From: an uncultured Candidatus Saccharibacteria bacterium
Lineage (GTDB): Bacteria; Patescibacteriota; Minisyncoccia; Phycocordibacterales; UBA2100
Assembly: GCA_964399865.1 (NCBI GenBank)
Contig: CAYNRJ010000001.1
Location: forward strand, 266,050 to 330,049
Length of the DNA: 64,000 nucleotides
Reading direction: 5' to 3'
Positions 54,467 through 64,000 of the stretch are shown here, one piece after another; the stretch's first letter is position 1, and the number at the start of each line of letters is the position of its first letter. Position numbers and translations under genes: made by a program. Below the pieces are notes generated by a model. It saw nothing but the letters and a program-made list of their open reading frames with translations. It was not told the DNA's origin and ran no database searches.

Positions 54467-56972
54467 TCTGCTCTAATAAATTGAGTAACTCCTGTGCATC
54501 ACTATCTGATATCTTCCCCTTTTCAGCTTTATTAAAGATCTTCTTGGTAAGATTGCTAACATTCTTGGTGGCCTTCTTATCTTTTTTCTTCTCGATTCTC
54601 TTTTCGAGAGCAGCGACTTTTTTGAGTAGATTCTTTTTCAAACTTTCCTTAATATTCATGGTCGCTATTTTCTGCTTTAGGATCGCTAACAGCTCAGTGA
54701 GTGAGACCTCTGCCCCATCAGGCAATACGACCTCATCCACTTGCCCATCATCATTTGAGTCCACTCGTATTACCGCTTGTCCCGGAGATTCAGTATTTAC
54801 CGCAAAAGCGGCTACCGTGTCGAGAGTCGTTGGAATGTCGGAATACGTAGCAAGTGGTGTCGTCACTTCTGCTACAAAATTGTCGATCTCTACCGTGGTC
54901 GGACCACTCCCTAAACCTTTATATACGAAATTGTAGGAGCCCGATTTTGGCAGGAAAATATATTGCCCCTCTGCTGAATAAAGAAACGTGCTGCCAGGTA
55001 TTTCTTCCTTTATTGCAAGAAATTCAGCGGACAGATCCTGTATCTGGTCAATGCCTGTAAAATTCCCGAAGGAGTCATACGCACCGAGTATGACTGGAGA
55101 ATGAGTGCTTACTATCAACTTGTGGTCTAGATTTGTGACTACTGGCTTTTCATTATGGATGTATTCAATATTTTCAATTGCCGCCTCGGAGATTATTTCC
55201 TTAAGGATTTTCTGAATTGATGATGTGTTAAGTAGATCCCTATGCTGACTATTTTGATTGAGGTTCTTGTTAAATTCGAAAAGATCAAAATAATAAACTT
55301 CGTAAGAGTCACTTGAAACGGCGCTCGGATATACGACTGTTTTATCGCCTTCATCGGTGAACTTCACTTTATAACTCGGTAAAAAGTGACTGTTCCGATA
55401 TTCAATCGCTTTTACTGTCGGTCTGCCCCACCCCGCGACCTGCACCACACGAATATTATCTGGGAATTCATACGAGTCGAACTCAGTATGAAAATTCATG
55501 GCATCTTCTGTCAGGTTAACGTCCAGTATTTCCGGTATCCTCAAAGTATCTTCGGAAGGATCAGTGCGAGTGACCCCGCCTCCAGTTAAGAATGCAAAAA
55601 AGTCGAGGTACGCGGATATTCCGTCCTCTCCCCAATAATTTCTCCAAGGTTCTGTGAACGCGGCAGCCGGATCAAAGGTGATAACAGGATCGTCAACTTC
55701 TTCGAAATAACGCGGCGATGGGAGCAGTGTGTACGCTGCCGGCATATTCTGACCGAGCGTGCGCGAAGTTGCCGGATTCACAAAAAGCGGAATCCATTCG
55801 TCATCTCCGTGTAGAAGTGAGCCCGCGGCTTGCGGTGTCCCAAGTTGCGGCGTTCCAACCATGACAAATGAATCAATGAGATCTGCCTTGCCTTCCTCTT
55901 CCAATTTCTTAATGAGTGCCTTTCCAACAAGACCGCCCATTGAATGCGCAACGAGTGTCACGTGCCCTGTCTGAGATTCGGACGCGAGCTGCTCTATTTC
56001 TTCTACCATATCAACTATCCCCTGCGGAGTGTTCACGCCTTCTTCCACAATCGTGGTCGGCGAGAGTCGCCAGTCATATGGAAGCGGTATCCACGCGTCG
56101 ATCGTTCCTTCGGACACAACGCCATCAAGAAAATCGACAAATGGTGCGTAGACAGTCGTCGTGAAAAAATTATTCATAACCCCATCGACACGAACGTCGT
56201 TCACGCTTACCCCACTATCATTAAGAGCCAGTTGCGGCACATCATTACTCCACAAGGTCGGCGGCCATATCGTGTCAGACCCGATTTTCAAAACACTTCC
56301 CTTGAACCCCGGCAAAAACGCGACGCTTGAACAGCACTCCTCCACGTCAGGCACCGCCTCACCTGCCACATATTCAAATTCGAGAAATCTGTATGCAATC
56401 GGTGCATATGTACCTTCAAATGTCGTGAACCATTTCGCAAAATCGATATCTTCGTAAGTTTCTTCTTCAAAAGTATCTGTGATTGGGTTATATGTAAACT
56501 TTGTGTCCGGCACTTCGGCGATGGCTATCGTATAAATACCGGACAAAGTATTGGGATCACCGAGCGGAGGAAGCGAGAATGATATCGACGCTGTTTCATT
56601 TCCGATCACATGTCGTACGACTGAATAATTGACGCCCGAAACCGGTTCACCTCCATCTAACCCATCGATAGATCCTCGGAATAAAGCATATATCGCGTTA
56701 TTTGCGGGAACCGGATAATCCCAAGGTTCAAGAAACGTAATCTCCCAGTCGTTGTTAATCGCGTTCAAATCAGATCCGTTTACTACTGGCATTGGCACTG
56801 TATGGTTTAGAATTTCTACCCCTGCGTGAGTAGCTTGAAGATTGGGCGGTGGTGGTGGAGGAGCTTCAAAATCACCTCTTGCGACTGATGCACTTAAAAG
56901 GAAACACACTGCCGTGATAGTCGCTACAGCCGCGACTTGTAGACTGCCGCCCGAGATTCGAGCGAACTTCAT
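54450..56972 (-). CDS. large secreted alpha/beta-hydrolase (lipase/esterase, GHSMGG nucleophile elbow) with a Lys-rich coiled-coil C-terminus
   Basis: Signal peptide MKFARISGGSLQVAAVATITAVCFLLSASVA, Pro-rich linker, VTLVAHSMGGLVG. The start was set at MKFA (56972). Confidence 0.6.
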   Translation of the reverse strand: MKFARISGGSLQVAAVATITAVCFLLSASVARGDFEAPPPPPPNLQATHAGVEILNHTVPMPVVNGSDLNAINNDWEITFLEPWDYPVPANNAIYALFRGSIDGLDGGEPVSGVNYSVVRHVIGNETASISFSLPPLGDPNTLSGIYTIAIAEVPDTKFTYNPITDTFEEETYEDIDFAKWFTTFEGTYAPIAYRFLEFEYVAGEAVPDVEECCSSVAFLPGFKGSVLKIGSDTIWPPTLWSNDVPQLALNDSGVSVNDVRVDGVMNNFFTTTVYAPFVDFLDGVVSEGTIDAWIPLPYDWRLSPTTIVEEGVNTPQGIVDMVEEIEQLASESQTGHVTLVAHSMGGLVGKALIKKLEEEGKADLIDSFVMVGTPQLGTPQAAGSLLHGDDEWIPLFVNPATSRTLGQNMPAAYTLLPSPRYFEEVDDPVITFDPAAAFTEPWRNYWGEDGISAYLDFFAFLTGGGVTRTDPSEDTLRIPEILDVNLTEDAMNFHTEFDSYEFPDNIRVVQVAGWGRPTVKAIEYRNSHFLPSYKVKFTDEGDKTVVYPSAVSSDSYEVYYFDLFEFNKNLNQNSQHRDLLNTSSIQKILKEIISEAAIENIEYIHNEKPVVTNLDHKLIVSTHSPVILGAYDSFGNFTGIDQIQDLSAEFLAIKEEIPGSTFLYSAEGQYIFLPKSGSYNFVYKGLGSGPTTVEIDNFVAEVTTPLATYSDIPTTLDTVAAFAVNTESPGQAVIRVDSNDDGQVDEVVLPDGAEVSLTELLAILKQKIATMNIKESLKKNLLKKVAALEKRIEKKKDKKATKNVSNLTKKIFNKAEKGKISDSDAQELLNLLEQIENAI

Positions 56973-57020
56973 GAAGCCCAGTGTACTCCTCCTACGAAAT
57001 CCTCCATCACTTGTCCACAA

Positions 57021-57764
57021 TGCAGTGAGGTCCCACCTCACTGCATTATCGTTCGAAATTTTCCTTCGTAAGACTTGCGTAATAATCTCTAGACTCGAGA
57101 AGCATTCGACTAATCGATAGCTGTTCGCTGACCTCGAATACCTCTTTCGATAAAATTGGGTTCTCAGATCGTCGTTCGTGTGCTAGCAAACTTGAGTAGG
57201 GATAATCAGAGAGCTTTCGTTGTAACGAGCGCATGTTTCGTACTTTCCCTTCTTTCCAGCCAGGCTCATAGAGCTCAGAAGGATTACAGTGAATGTATTG
57301 CAAGACTTTCTGAAAATAACGATCGTCCCCAACATGGCGAGATCGAAACGGCCCCGTGAATAAATACCCTACGCGCTCATGCTTAGCATTGAAATACATG
57401 GTATACGCTGTTCCAATCTTTCGCATAAATGACGTTATCCCGCCCTCTGTTAATTCTTTAAGCAGCAGATGATAATGGTTGGGCATTAAACAATACGCCC
57501 CAATCGCGACAATGGGTGTGCCCCGTTCATCCGACAATACATCTGAAAGACGTGGTTTTCGAGTATTGTAAAGACTGACTTGCCTAGTGCCATTTGCCAG
57601 GTATAGGAGCATCAGAAACCGATTCGCATCGTATTCATTGTCAAAAAGATTGCGCTTATCGACACCTCTATTAAAGCAGTGGTACCACTCATCTATTCCA
57701 AATTTCACCGCTCGGGCCATCCGAAAAGCATAGCATGCGTGCAGTGAGGTCCCACCTCACTGCA
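57021..57764 (-). mobile_element. REP-RAYT-REP unit: IS200-like/REP-associated tyrosine (HUH, Y1) transposase gene flanked by identical hairpins
   Basis: The hairpin tgcagtgaggtcccacctcactgca occurs at 57021-57045 and again at 57740-57764, directly abutting the ORF's stop and start. Confidence 0.6.
57046..57720 (-). CDS. IS200-like / RAYT tyrosine (HUH, Y1) transposase
   Basis: HUH motif in LMPNHYHLLL, conserved WYHCFNRG, GYLFTGPFRSRHV and YIHCNPSE with the catalytic Tyr region. Confidence 0.65.
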   Translation of the reverse strand: MARAVKFGIDEWYHCFNRGVDKRNLFDNEYDANRFLMLLYLANGTRQVSLYNTRKPRLSDVLSDERGTPIVAIGAYCLMPNHYHLLLKELTEGGITSFMRKIGTAYTMYFNAKHERVGYLFTGPFRSRHVGDDRYFQKVLQYIHCNPSELYEPGWKEGKVRNMRSLQRKLSDYPYSSLLAHERRSENPILSKEVFEVSEQLSISRMLLESRDYYASLTKENFER

Positions 57765-57795
57765 TTCCGACAGAGAGCCTGATACAATAAAGAGC

Positions 57796-58479
57796 ATGAC
57801 ATCAGTGCAGACATACGAAGTAGAGGTGAAGTCGCTGCTCGGTTCGCCGGAGCGTGCCGACGAGGTACGGCGGGCGATGAAAGAGCTCGATCCGAGCTGC
57901 AAGCTAACGTCCAAAAATAAACAGCTGAACCATTATTTCGAAGGCGGCACTATAGATAAGCTCGCTGAAGCGCTCGCCCCTCACCTCCCGCCAGAGAAGA
58001 TGGCAACGTTGAACGATCTTGCGAAACGCGCGAAGAGCTTTTCTGTCCGCACCCGCGACAAAGACGGTACCGTGCTCGTCGTCGTCAAAGCCTCTGTCGG
58101 GGACGATTCAAGTTCGAACGGAGTCGCTCGTATGGAGTTTGAAGAAAAAGTCCCGCTGACGATCGAAGAATTGGACAAACTTATTCTTTCTGCCGGATTC
58201 AAATACCAGGCGAAATGGTCGCGCGAGCGCGAGGAATATCTCTGCAACGGAGTAAACGTCACCCTAGACAGAAACGCCGGATATGGTTGGCTCGCAGAAT
58301 TCGAGCGCATCGTGGATAGCGAAGCTGATGTGCCACGCGCGAGGGAGGAAGTGGAAAATCTGATGAAAAACCTCGGTGTTTCCGAGCTCCCGCAGGACCG
58401 ACTAGAACGTATGTTCGCCTTCTACAACGAAAACTGGCCTCAGTACTACGGTACCGACAAAATCTTTGTGGTAGAGTAG
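57796..58479 (+). CDS. CYTH-domain protein (class IV adenylyl cyclase/triphosphatase fold)
   Basis: N-terminal YEVEVKSLL (the ExExK motif) and an acidic-residue pattern through the barrel. Confidence 0.65.
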   Translation: MTSVQTYEVEVKSLLGSPERADEVRRAMKELDPSCKLTSKNKQLNHYFEGGTIDKLAEALAPHLPPEKMATLNDLAKRAKSFSVRTRDKDGTVLVVVKASVGDDSSSNGVARMEFEEKVPLTIEELDKLILSAGFKYQAKWSREREEYLCNGVNVTLDRNAGYGWLAEFERIVDSEADVPRAREEVENLMKNLGVSELPQDRLERMFAFYNENWPQYYGTDKIFVVE

Positions 58480-58487
58480 GACGACTT

Positions 58488-59045
58488 ATGTTTTTATCCG
58501 ATGTCGACATCAAGAAGGCAGTGGCGGACGAACGAATTACTCTCGAACCATTTGATACTTCACGCCTCCAGCCAGCAAGCTACGACATCCGTCTCGCCAA
58601 CAAATTCATCATTAACGAAGAAAGTCAGACGCACATCATTGACCCCGTAAAGAAGATCTACGCGAAAACGCGTGAGATAAGCGTGAAAGATGGTGAAGAG
58701 TTCGTGCTTCACCCAGGAATTTCCGTTCTCGGCTCCTCAAAAGAATTCTTTGGGAGCGATCACTACTTAATCCAAGTCGGAGGCAAGTCATCACTCGCGC
58801 GCGTCGGTCTCATGGTCCACAACACCGCCGGAATCATTAACCCGGGACATTTCCTCAACATCACGTTTGAAATAACAAACCAGAACAACGTACCGATAGT
58901 CCTTCGCCCCGGCATGGAGATCGCGCAGATCACATTCTCGATGCTCTCCTCCCCGACCGAGCAGAACTACCGCAAGAACGGACGCTTCGCAAAGGATAAT
59001 TGGAAACATTTCGTCGCACCGAAAGCAAAAAAGGCTAAAAAATAA
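58488..59045 (+). CDS. dcd: dCTP deaminase
   Basis: dUTPase-like fold with ASYDIRL, GKSSLARVGL and the PGMEIAQI region. Confidence 0.85.
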   Translation: MFLSDVDIKKAVADERITLEPFDTSRLQPASYDIRLANKFIINEESQTHIIDPVKKIYAKTREISVKDGEEFVLHPGISVLGSSKEFFGSDHYLIQVGGKSSLARVGLMVHNTAGIINPGHFLNITFEITNQNNVPIVLRPGMEIAQITFSMLSSPTEQNYRKNGRFAKDNWKHFVAPKAKKAKK

Positions 59046-59046
59046 T

Positions 59047-60006
59047 ATGACTCATCCCGAACAGCAGTACTTGGATCTGATGAGGGAGTGCATGGAGAAG
59101 GGTGACCGTCAGGTGGATGCGGGACACGGCGGCGCACACTACGGACTTTTTGGTCGGCAGATTAGATTCGATCTCTCGCAAGGCTTCCCAATGCTCACGA
59201 CCAAGCGTGTGTATTGGAAAGGCGTCCTACACGAACTCTATTGGTTCATGTCAGGACAGACAAATATAAAGTACCTCGTTGATAACGAAGTGCACATTTG
59301 GGACGACTACCCATACCGTTTCTATATGGAACACGCGAAGCGTGGAAAGTGGCCCGAGATGACGAAAGACGAGTTTATCGCGAAAATAAAGAGCGACGAC
59401 TCATTCGCAAAACAGCACGGCGACCTTCGTCATATCTACGGAGAGATGTGGCGTGCATGGCCGGCAAAAGATGGCCGTGGCATAGACCAGCTCGCATGGG
59501 CGATAGAAGAGCTGCGCCGCGACCCAGGATGTCACAACGCGATCGTCACCTCATGGAATCCTGAGTATCTCTACACGATGGCGAAGCCGGAAGAAGTGAA
59601 TCACTTCCCGATCTGCCACAACATGTATCAGTTCAATATTAAAAACGAGAAGGTCTCGCTGCAGCTCTACCAGCGAAGTGCAGATATCTTCCTCGGAGTC
59701 CCCTTTAACATCGCGAGCTACGCACTTCTCGTGCAAATCGTTGCGCATCTCCTCGGCCGCGAAGCGGGAGATTTCGTGCACACATTCGGCGATGTGCACA
59801 TGTACGAAAATCACAAAGCTGCAGTACAAGAACAACTTCTCCGCGAGCCAAAAGCGTTTCCCAAAATTACGATTGATAAGAGTGTAAAGACGCTTGCAGA
59901 TTTCCGACCGGAACACGTCACGCTCGAAGGATACGATCCACATCCGACGATCAAAGCTGAACTCACCGTCGCAGGATTTAGAAATCTGGAGAACAAACCG
60001 GATTAA
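59047..60006 (+). CDS. thyA: thymidylate synthase (ThyA)
   Basis: The catalytic Cys in PICHNMYQFN is present, with conserved flanking segments. Confidence 0.9.
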   Translation: MTHPEQQYLDLMRECMEKGDRQVDAGHGGAHYGLFGRQIRFDLSQGFPMLTTKRVYWKGVLHELYWFMSGQTNIKYLVDNEVHIWDDYPYRFYMEHAKRGKWPEMTKDEFIAKIKSDDSFAKQHGDLRHIYGEMWRAWPAKDGRGIDQLAWAIEELRRDPGCHNAIVTSWNPEYLYTMAKPEEVNHFPICHNMYQFNIKNEKVSLQLYQRSADIFLGVPFNIASYALLVQIVAHLLGREAGDFVHTFGDVHMYENHKAAVQEQLLREPKAFPKITIDKSVKTLADFRPEHVTLEGYDPHPTIKAELTVAGFRNLENKPD

Positions 60007-60007
60007 T

Positions 60008-60631
60008 ATGGCTCGCGGGAAATTTATTGTGTTTGAGGGCGGAGAAGGATCCGGCAAGGACACGCTCATTAATCTCATTAAGGAAAAGTACGCAGACCGT
60101 GACATTGTGTTCGCACGCGATCCGGGCGGCACACCGCTCGGCGAAAAAGTGCGCGACCTCGTGCTCGGCAAAGATGCCGTCGGCACAGACACGCGTGCGG
60201 AGCTTCTGCTTTTTCTCGCGGCGCGCGCGGAGCTCGTCGGGAAAGTCATCGCACCTGCACTTGAAGCTGGCAAGACTGTGATCGGCAATCGTTTTACTCT
60301 CTCCACTATCGCCTACCAGATATATGGCAGGCAGCATCCGCAGTTCCTTGATTTCGTACAACGAACATCAGATTTCGCTGATCAGGACATCCTCCCCGAT
60401 CTTTGCATCTTCCTCGATGTCGCGCCGAGGACAGGAATCGAGCGAACGACGAGGCGCGCTGGGGTCTTGAACCGTTTCGACGAAGAAGAGATCGCCTTCC
60501 ACGAGCGCGTGTACGACGGCTACAAAAAACACCTCGAAGGATCGGCAAAAAAGACCCTTATTATCGACACGAGCGGCACTATTGAAGACGCTTGGACACA
60601 GACCGAGGCCGCGCTACAATCATTTCTTTAA
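60008..60631 (+). CDS. tmk: thymidylate kinase
   Basis: P-loop FIVFEGGEGSGKDT, a DRY-like motif and a lid region. The start was set at 60008. Confidence 0.85.
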   Translation: MARGKFIVFEGGEGSGKDTLINLIKEKYADRDIVFARDPGGTPLGEKVRDLVLGKDAVGTDTRAELLLFLAARAELVGKVIAPALEAGKTVIGNRFTLSTIAYQIYGRQHPQFLDFVQRTSDFADQDILPDLCIFLDVAPRTGIERTTRRAGVLNRFDEEEIAFHERVYDGYKKHLEGSAKKTLIIDTSGTIEDAWTQTEAALQSFL

Positions 60632-60688
60632 TGCCGCCTATGATCTAACCTGACTCTCATCTCCCCCATTACGAACTAACCTTTCTTT

Positions 60689-61957
60689 ATGGAACACTAT
60701 CCCTACATCAAAAAACAAGATAAGGACGTATACAAAGCGCTCGTCGGCGAGGAGAAGAGACAGGCAGAAGGCATCGAGCTCATTCCTTCCGAAAATTACG
60801 TCTCCCGCGCAGTTCGTGAAGCAAACTTTTCAGATCTCACAAACAAGTACGCTGAAGGATACCCGGGGAAACGCTACTACGGCGGTCAGATGTACACCGA
60901 CATAGTCGAGAATCTCGCACGCGATCGCGCGAAGAAGCTCTTCGGTGCGCAGTTTGCCAACGTCCAACCGCATTCAGGAGCCAACGCGAACGTCGGACTC
61001 TATTTCGCTCTTCTCGAACCGGGAGACACGATCATGGGTATGGATCTCTCGCACGGCGGTCACCTCACCCACGGTCACCCAGTCACATACATCACGAAGA
61101 TCTTCAAGTTCATCCGTTACAAGATGAAAGATGTCGCAACTGGCGAGATTGATTACGACGAGATGCGTGCGACCGCACTCCGCGAGAAACCAAAAATACT
61201 TCTTGCCGGATACTCCGCATACCCACGCGAACTTGATTATGCGAAGTTCGTTGAGATCGGTCGCGAAGTCGGGGCGTACGTGATCATGGACATCGCGCAC
61301 ATCGCAGGCCTCATCGCGGGAAAGGCAGTAAAGAATCCGTTCGATTTCGGCTTTGATGTCATGACAACAACGACTCACAAGACACTCCGCGGTCCACGCG
61401 GCGGTATGATCCTCACCCGCGAGAACGAGGAGATCGCGAAGAAGATCGACAAGAGTATCTTCCCTGGCCTCCAGGGCGGACCTCTCATGAACACGATCGC
61501 AGGTAAGGCAGTGTGTTTCGGCGAAGATCTGAAACCTGCATTCAAAAAGTACGCCGGCCAGATCTTGAAGAACGCGAAGGCGATGGAAAAAGTCTACAAA
61601 GATGCGGGCATCCGCCTCATCACCGGTGGGACTGATAATCACCTGCTTCTCGCTGATGTGTTCGGTTCCCTCGGCATCCCTGGAAAAGAAGCGGAGCATC
61701 TTCTCGATGAAGTCGGCATAACTCTCAATAAAAACTCGATAGCTGATGACGTACGCGGACCGATGGATCCATCAGGCATTCGTTTTGGTACTCCTGCGAT
61801 CACAACTCGCGGCTTTAAAGAGAAAGAGTGCGCTCGTGTTGCAGAGCTCATGATCGAAGCGATGAAAAATAAGGACAACAAGAAAAAGCTTGGCGCAATT
61901 CATAGCGAGATCAAGGCGCTCTGCAAAAAACACCCGATTCCAGCCGCGTTCGTCTAA
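60689..61957 (+). CDS. glyA: serine hydroxymethyltransferase
   Basis: SHMT motifs (IELIPSENY, the PLP Lys in TTTHKTLRGPRGG). Confidence 0.9.
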   Translation: MEHYPYIKKQDKDVYKALVGEEKRQAEGIELIPSENYVSRAVREANFSDLTNKYAEGYPGKRYYGGQMYTDIVENLARDRAKKLFGAQFANVQPHSGANANVGLYFALLEPGDTIMGMDLSHGGHLTHGHPVTYITKIFKFIRYKMKDVATGEIDYDEMRATALREKPKILLAGYSAYPRELDYAKFVEIGREVGAYVIMDIAHIAGLIAGKAVKNPFDFGFDVMTTTTHKTLRGPRGGMILTRENEEIAKKIDKSIFPGLQGGPLMNTIAGKAVCFGEDLKPAFKKYAGQILKNAKAMEKVYKDAGIRLITGGTDNHLLLADVFGSLGIPGKEAEHLLDEVGITLNKNSIADDVRGPMDPSGIRFGTPAITTRGFKEKECARVAELMIEAMKNKDNKKKLGAIHSEIKALCKKHPIPAAFV

Positions 61958-62013
61958 CGAAAATCTTCATGTTAGGCTGATCGCGGTGAATCAACCGCGG
62001 AAAGGATACGACC

Positions 62014-62196
62014 ATGCGCATCTGCGCGCGGTGCGGCCATTACGAGGAGGATCATTCACGGCTCGCTACTTCGTCAGAGGCCGACGAAGCGCGAGGAGAT
62101 CTGCACACACTTCCTGGGAAGAAACACTCACTGCAAGACTGTGTTGCTTTGGGTGGCTTCGTCGCAGAAGGATCCAAGGAGATGTTCAAGCTGTAA
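62014..62196 (+). CDS. hypothetical small Cys/His-containing protein (60 aa)
   Basis: AAAGGA ribosome-binding site 7 nt upstream. Followed by a strong terminator. CARCGH...H pattern. Confidence 0.3.
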   Translation: MRICARCGHYEEDHSRLATSSEADEARGDLHTLPGKKHSLQDCVALGGFVAEGSKEMFKL

Positions 62197-62222
62197 TTCG
62201 GGGTTAGCAACCCCACAAACTT

Positions 62223-62260
62223 GGGCGTCCGCGACATGCGCGGACGCCAAAATCTTTTTA
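62223..62260 (+). terminator. rho-independent terminator (gggcgtccgcg acatg cgcggacgcc followed by a T-run)
   Basis: Read directly from the sequence. Confidence 0.5.
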
Positions 62261-62276
62261 TATACACGCTTATTTC

Positions 62277-62657
62277 ATGACGGGTCCTCACAATTTCATA
62301 TTCTTGACACACCCCCACACTAAGGACAGTATGGTTTTAGGGGGCTTATTTGGGGGCAATAAGGAGTACCTGAACGTGAGCGAGATCGTACGACCTGAGA
62401 GGCCGAACGATCCGAGACGCGTCATTTTCGCGTCATGGCCAAGCATCGCGACTGACGGCGGAAAAGCTGTCATCGTCGACGCGGCGGTGGCCATAGTTGC
62501 GGATCAACTCGGCTTATCGAAGGAAGAAGATCTGGCTACAGCGCGCACGAACATTGAAGCTGACGTACGTTTTGCGATCGAAGGTCACCTCGGTCCCGCG
62601 GAATTCTACGGCAGCCTCATGCGCTCTCTGGACGTCAGGAGCGCTAGCGCAAACTGA
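62277..62657 (+). CDS. hypothetical protein
   Basis: Complete ORF. An internal ATG at 62331 has an AAGGACA ribosome-binding site and may be the true start. Confidence 0.4.
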   Translation: MTGPHNFIFLTHPHTKDSMVLGGLFGGNKEYLNVSEIVRPERPNDPRRVIFASWPSIATDGGKAVIVDAAVAIVADQLGLSKEEDLATARTNIEADVRFAIEGHLGPAEFYGSLMRSLDVRSASAN

Positions 62658-62688
62658 AGTCACACTTTCTTCCTCCCAAGAAGAACCG

Positions 62689-62728
62689 CGGGCGACATTC
62701 ACTGTTTCGGATGCCGCCCGCTTTTTTA
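62689..62728 (+). terminator. rho-independent terminator (gcgggcgacat...atgccgcccgc followed by TTTTTT)
   Basis: Read directly from the sequence. A TATAAT at 62740-62745 follows, before the next gene. Confidence 0.5.
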
Positions 62729-62760
62729 CCTTTTCGAGTATAATGACTCTTTCCCATTCA

Positions 62761-64000
62761 TGCCGTTTATTCCTGATATCGATCTGCTCGCGCTCGTCCA
62801 ACTCATCGGATACCCCGGTATAGCGACAATCATCTTCCTCGAGTCCGGCGTCTTCTTCGGATTCTTCCTCCCCGGCGCTTCCCTACTTTTCATCTCAGGA
62901 GTCCTCGCCGAATCAGGCATTTTCAATATCTGGATACTTCTCCCCTTGGTCGGCATTGCCGCTGTCCTTGGAGATAACGTCGGCTACTGGTTCGGCGCGA
63001 AAGTAGGGATTAAGCTTTTCACGCGTCCGGACTCACGATTCTTCAAGCAAAGTCACGTAGACAAGACGCGTATATTCTTCGATAAGTACGGCCGGAGCGC
63101 TGTCCTTCTTGCGCGCTTCGTCCCGATCATCCGCACCTTCACCCCGATCCTCGCGGGAGTCGGAGGTATGAACTACCGTGTGTTTTTCTTTTACAACATT
63201 GTCGGCGCATCAGTGTGGGCATGTGGTGTGACACTCCTTGGATACTTTGTCGGCTCAAAAATCCCGAGCGCGGAACAATACATCACGCCAATAGTCCTCG
63301 TTATCATCGCAATTACGTGCATTCCGCTCGCGCTGCAGTGGTTTAAAAAAGGAAAAGTCGCGCGCATAAAGAGCTGCCCGCGCGCTGTCATATTCGATGT
63401 TGATGACACTCTGACGGAGAGCTTCAAAGCTCCAAAGCCTCAGATTGTTGAGAAAGTAAAAAAACTGCTCGACATCATGCCGGTCGCAATCATGTCGGCA
63501 GCTGGATTCCCTCGCATAGAAAAAGAATTCCTTCCGATCCTTACAACGAGCCCTCATGTCTCACGCTTGTACGTGTTCCCCAATTCCACCGCTCAATGCT
63601 ACACATGGGATGGGAGCACATGGAATCAAGTGTATGACAACAAACTTACAGATGAGGAACGAGATCGCATAAAGAATGCAATCGAAGAAGGAGTTAAGGA
63701 GACCGGCATTCTTGAAGGCGTAACTCCAGTAGGTCAGCAGATAATCGACCGCGGCGCACAGATCGCTTTTGCCGCGATCGGTATCGAGGCAACGGATGAG
63801 AATAAGAAATCATGGGACGTCGATAAGTCCAAACGTACCAAGCTCCAGAAGTTCCTCCGTCACCACATTCCGGAATTTGAAATATTGATTGGCGGTCGCA
63901 CCACGCTCGATGTCACAAAGAAAGGCGTAAACAAGGCCTTTGGCGTACGGTGGCTCTCGGAGAAACTAGACATGAAGCCGAAAGAAATGCTCTACGTTGG
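62761..64000 (+). CDS. DedA/VTT-domain membrane protein fused to a HAD-family hydrolase domain (partial; the gene continues past the window end)
   Basis: N-terminal DedA pattern (GVFFGFFLPGASLLFISG...ARFVPIIRTFTPILAGV) then a HAD motif I VIFDVDDTLT and Cof-like cap segments. No stop before position 64000. Confidence 0.6.

Noticed and set aside
59551-60361. Minus-strand 251-aa and 127-aa ORFs opposite thyA and tmk
   Set aside because: thyA and tmk on the plus strand have unambiguous signatures. The antisense ORFs are low-complexity.
1-64000. CRISPR arrays, rRNA genes, prophage or integrase genes
   Set aside because: No regularly spaced direct repeats, no rRNA-like conserved stretches and no integrase, recombinase or phage structural ORFs were seen. 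The only mobile-element protein found is the RAYT transposase.

Overview
This is a 64-kb bacterial chromosomal window at about 50% GC, mostly packed with housekeeping genes. Recognisable core genes include dnaX, dus, serS, dprA, topA, a Rel/SpoT enzyme, parB, miaA, rpmG, clpB, a cysteine desulfurase, infB, rbfA, gyrA, purF, hisG, gdhA, tkt, folA, dcd, thyA, tmk and glyA. There are eight tRNA genes: Gln, Leu-CAA, Trp, Tyr, Cys, Leu-TAA, Lys and Leu-TAG. Most lack an encoded CCA. The many small secreted or membrane proteins, a short IF-2 and the compact gene layout suggest a reduced genome (Patescibacteria/CPR-like), but that is inference only. The most unusual structures are listed below. (1) Three tRNA genes between 11.4 and 13.9 kb (Leu-CAA, Trp, Tyr) are each followed by a conserved trailer: a spacer, a partial copy of the tRNA's own T-arm and 3' acceptor end, and a related GC-rich 66-90-nt insert in the copied T-loop. 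(2) An IS200-like/RAYT tyrosine (HUH) transposase gene is flanked by identical REP-like hairpins, and related hairpins occur at two other intergenic sites. (3) A tandem array of six small paralogous signal-peptide/2-TM proteins resembles TrbC/VirB2-type pilins. (4) A GC-rich isolated hisG is preceded by a 19-codon His-His-His leader ORF and a terminator hairpin, which fits a His-attenuator. (5) A GC-rich LOG hydrolase plus cytidine-deaminase pair sits inside a pyrimidine/folate gene neighbourhood. (6) Several long structured inverted-repeat elements lie in intergenic regions. No CRISPR array or rRNA was found.
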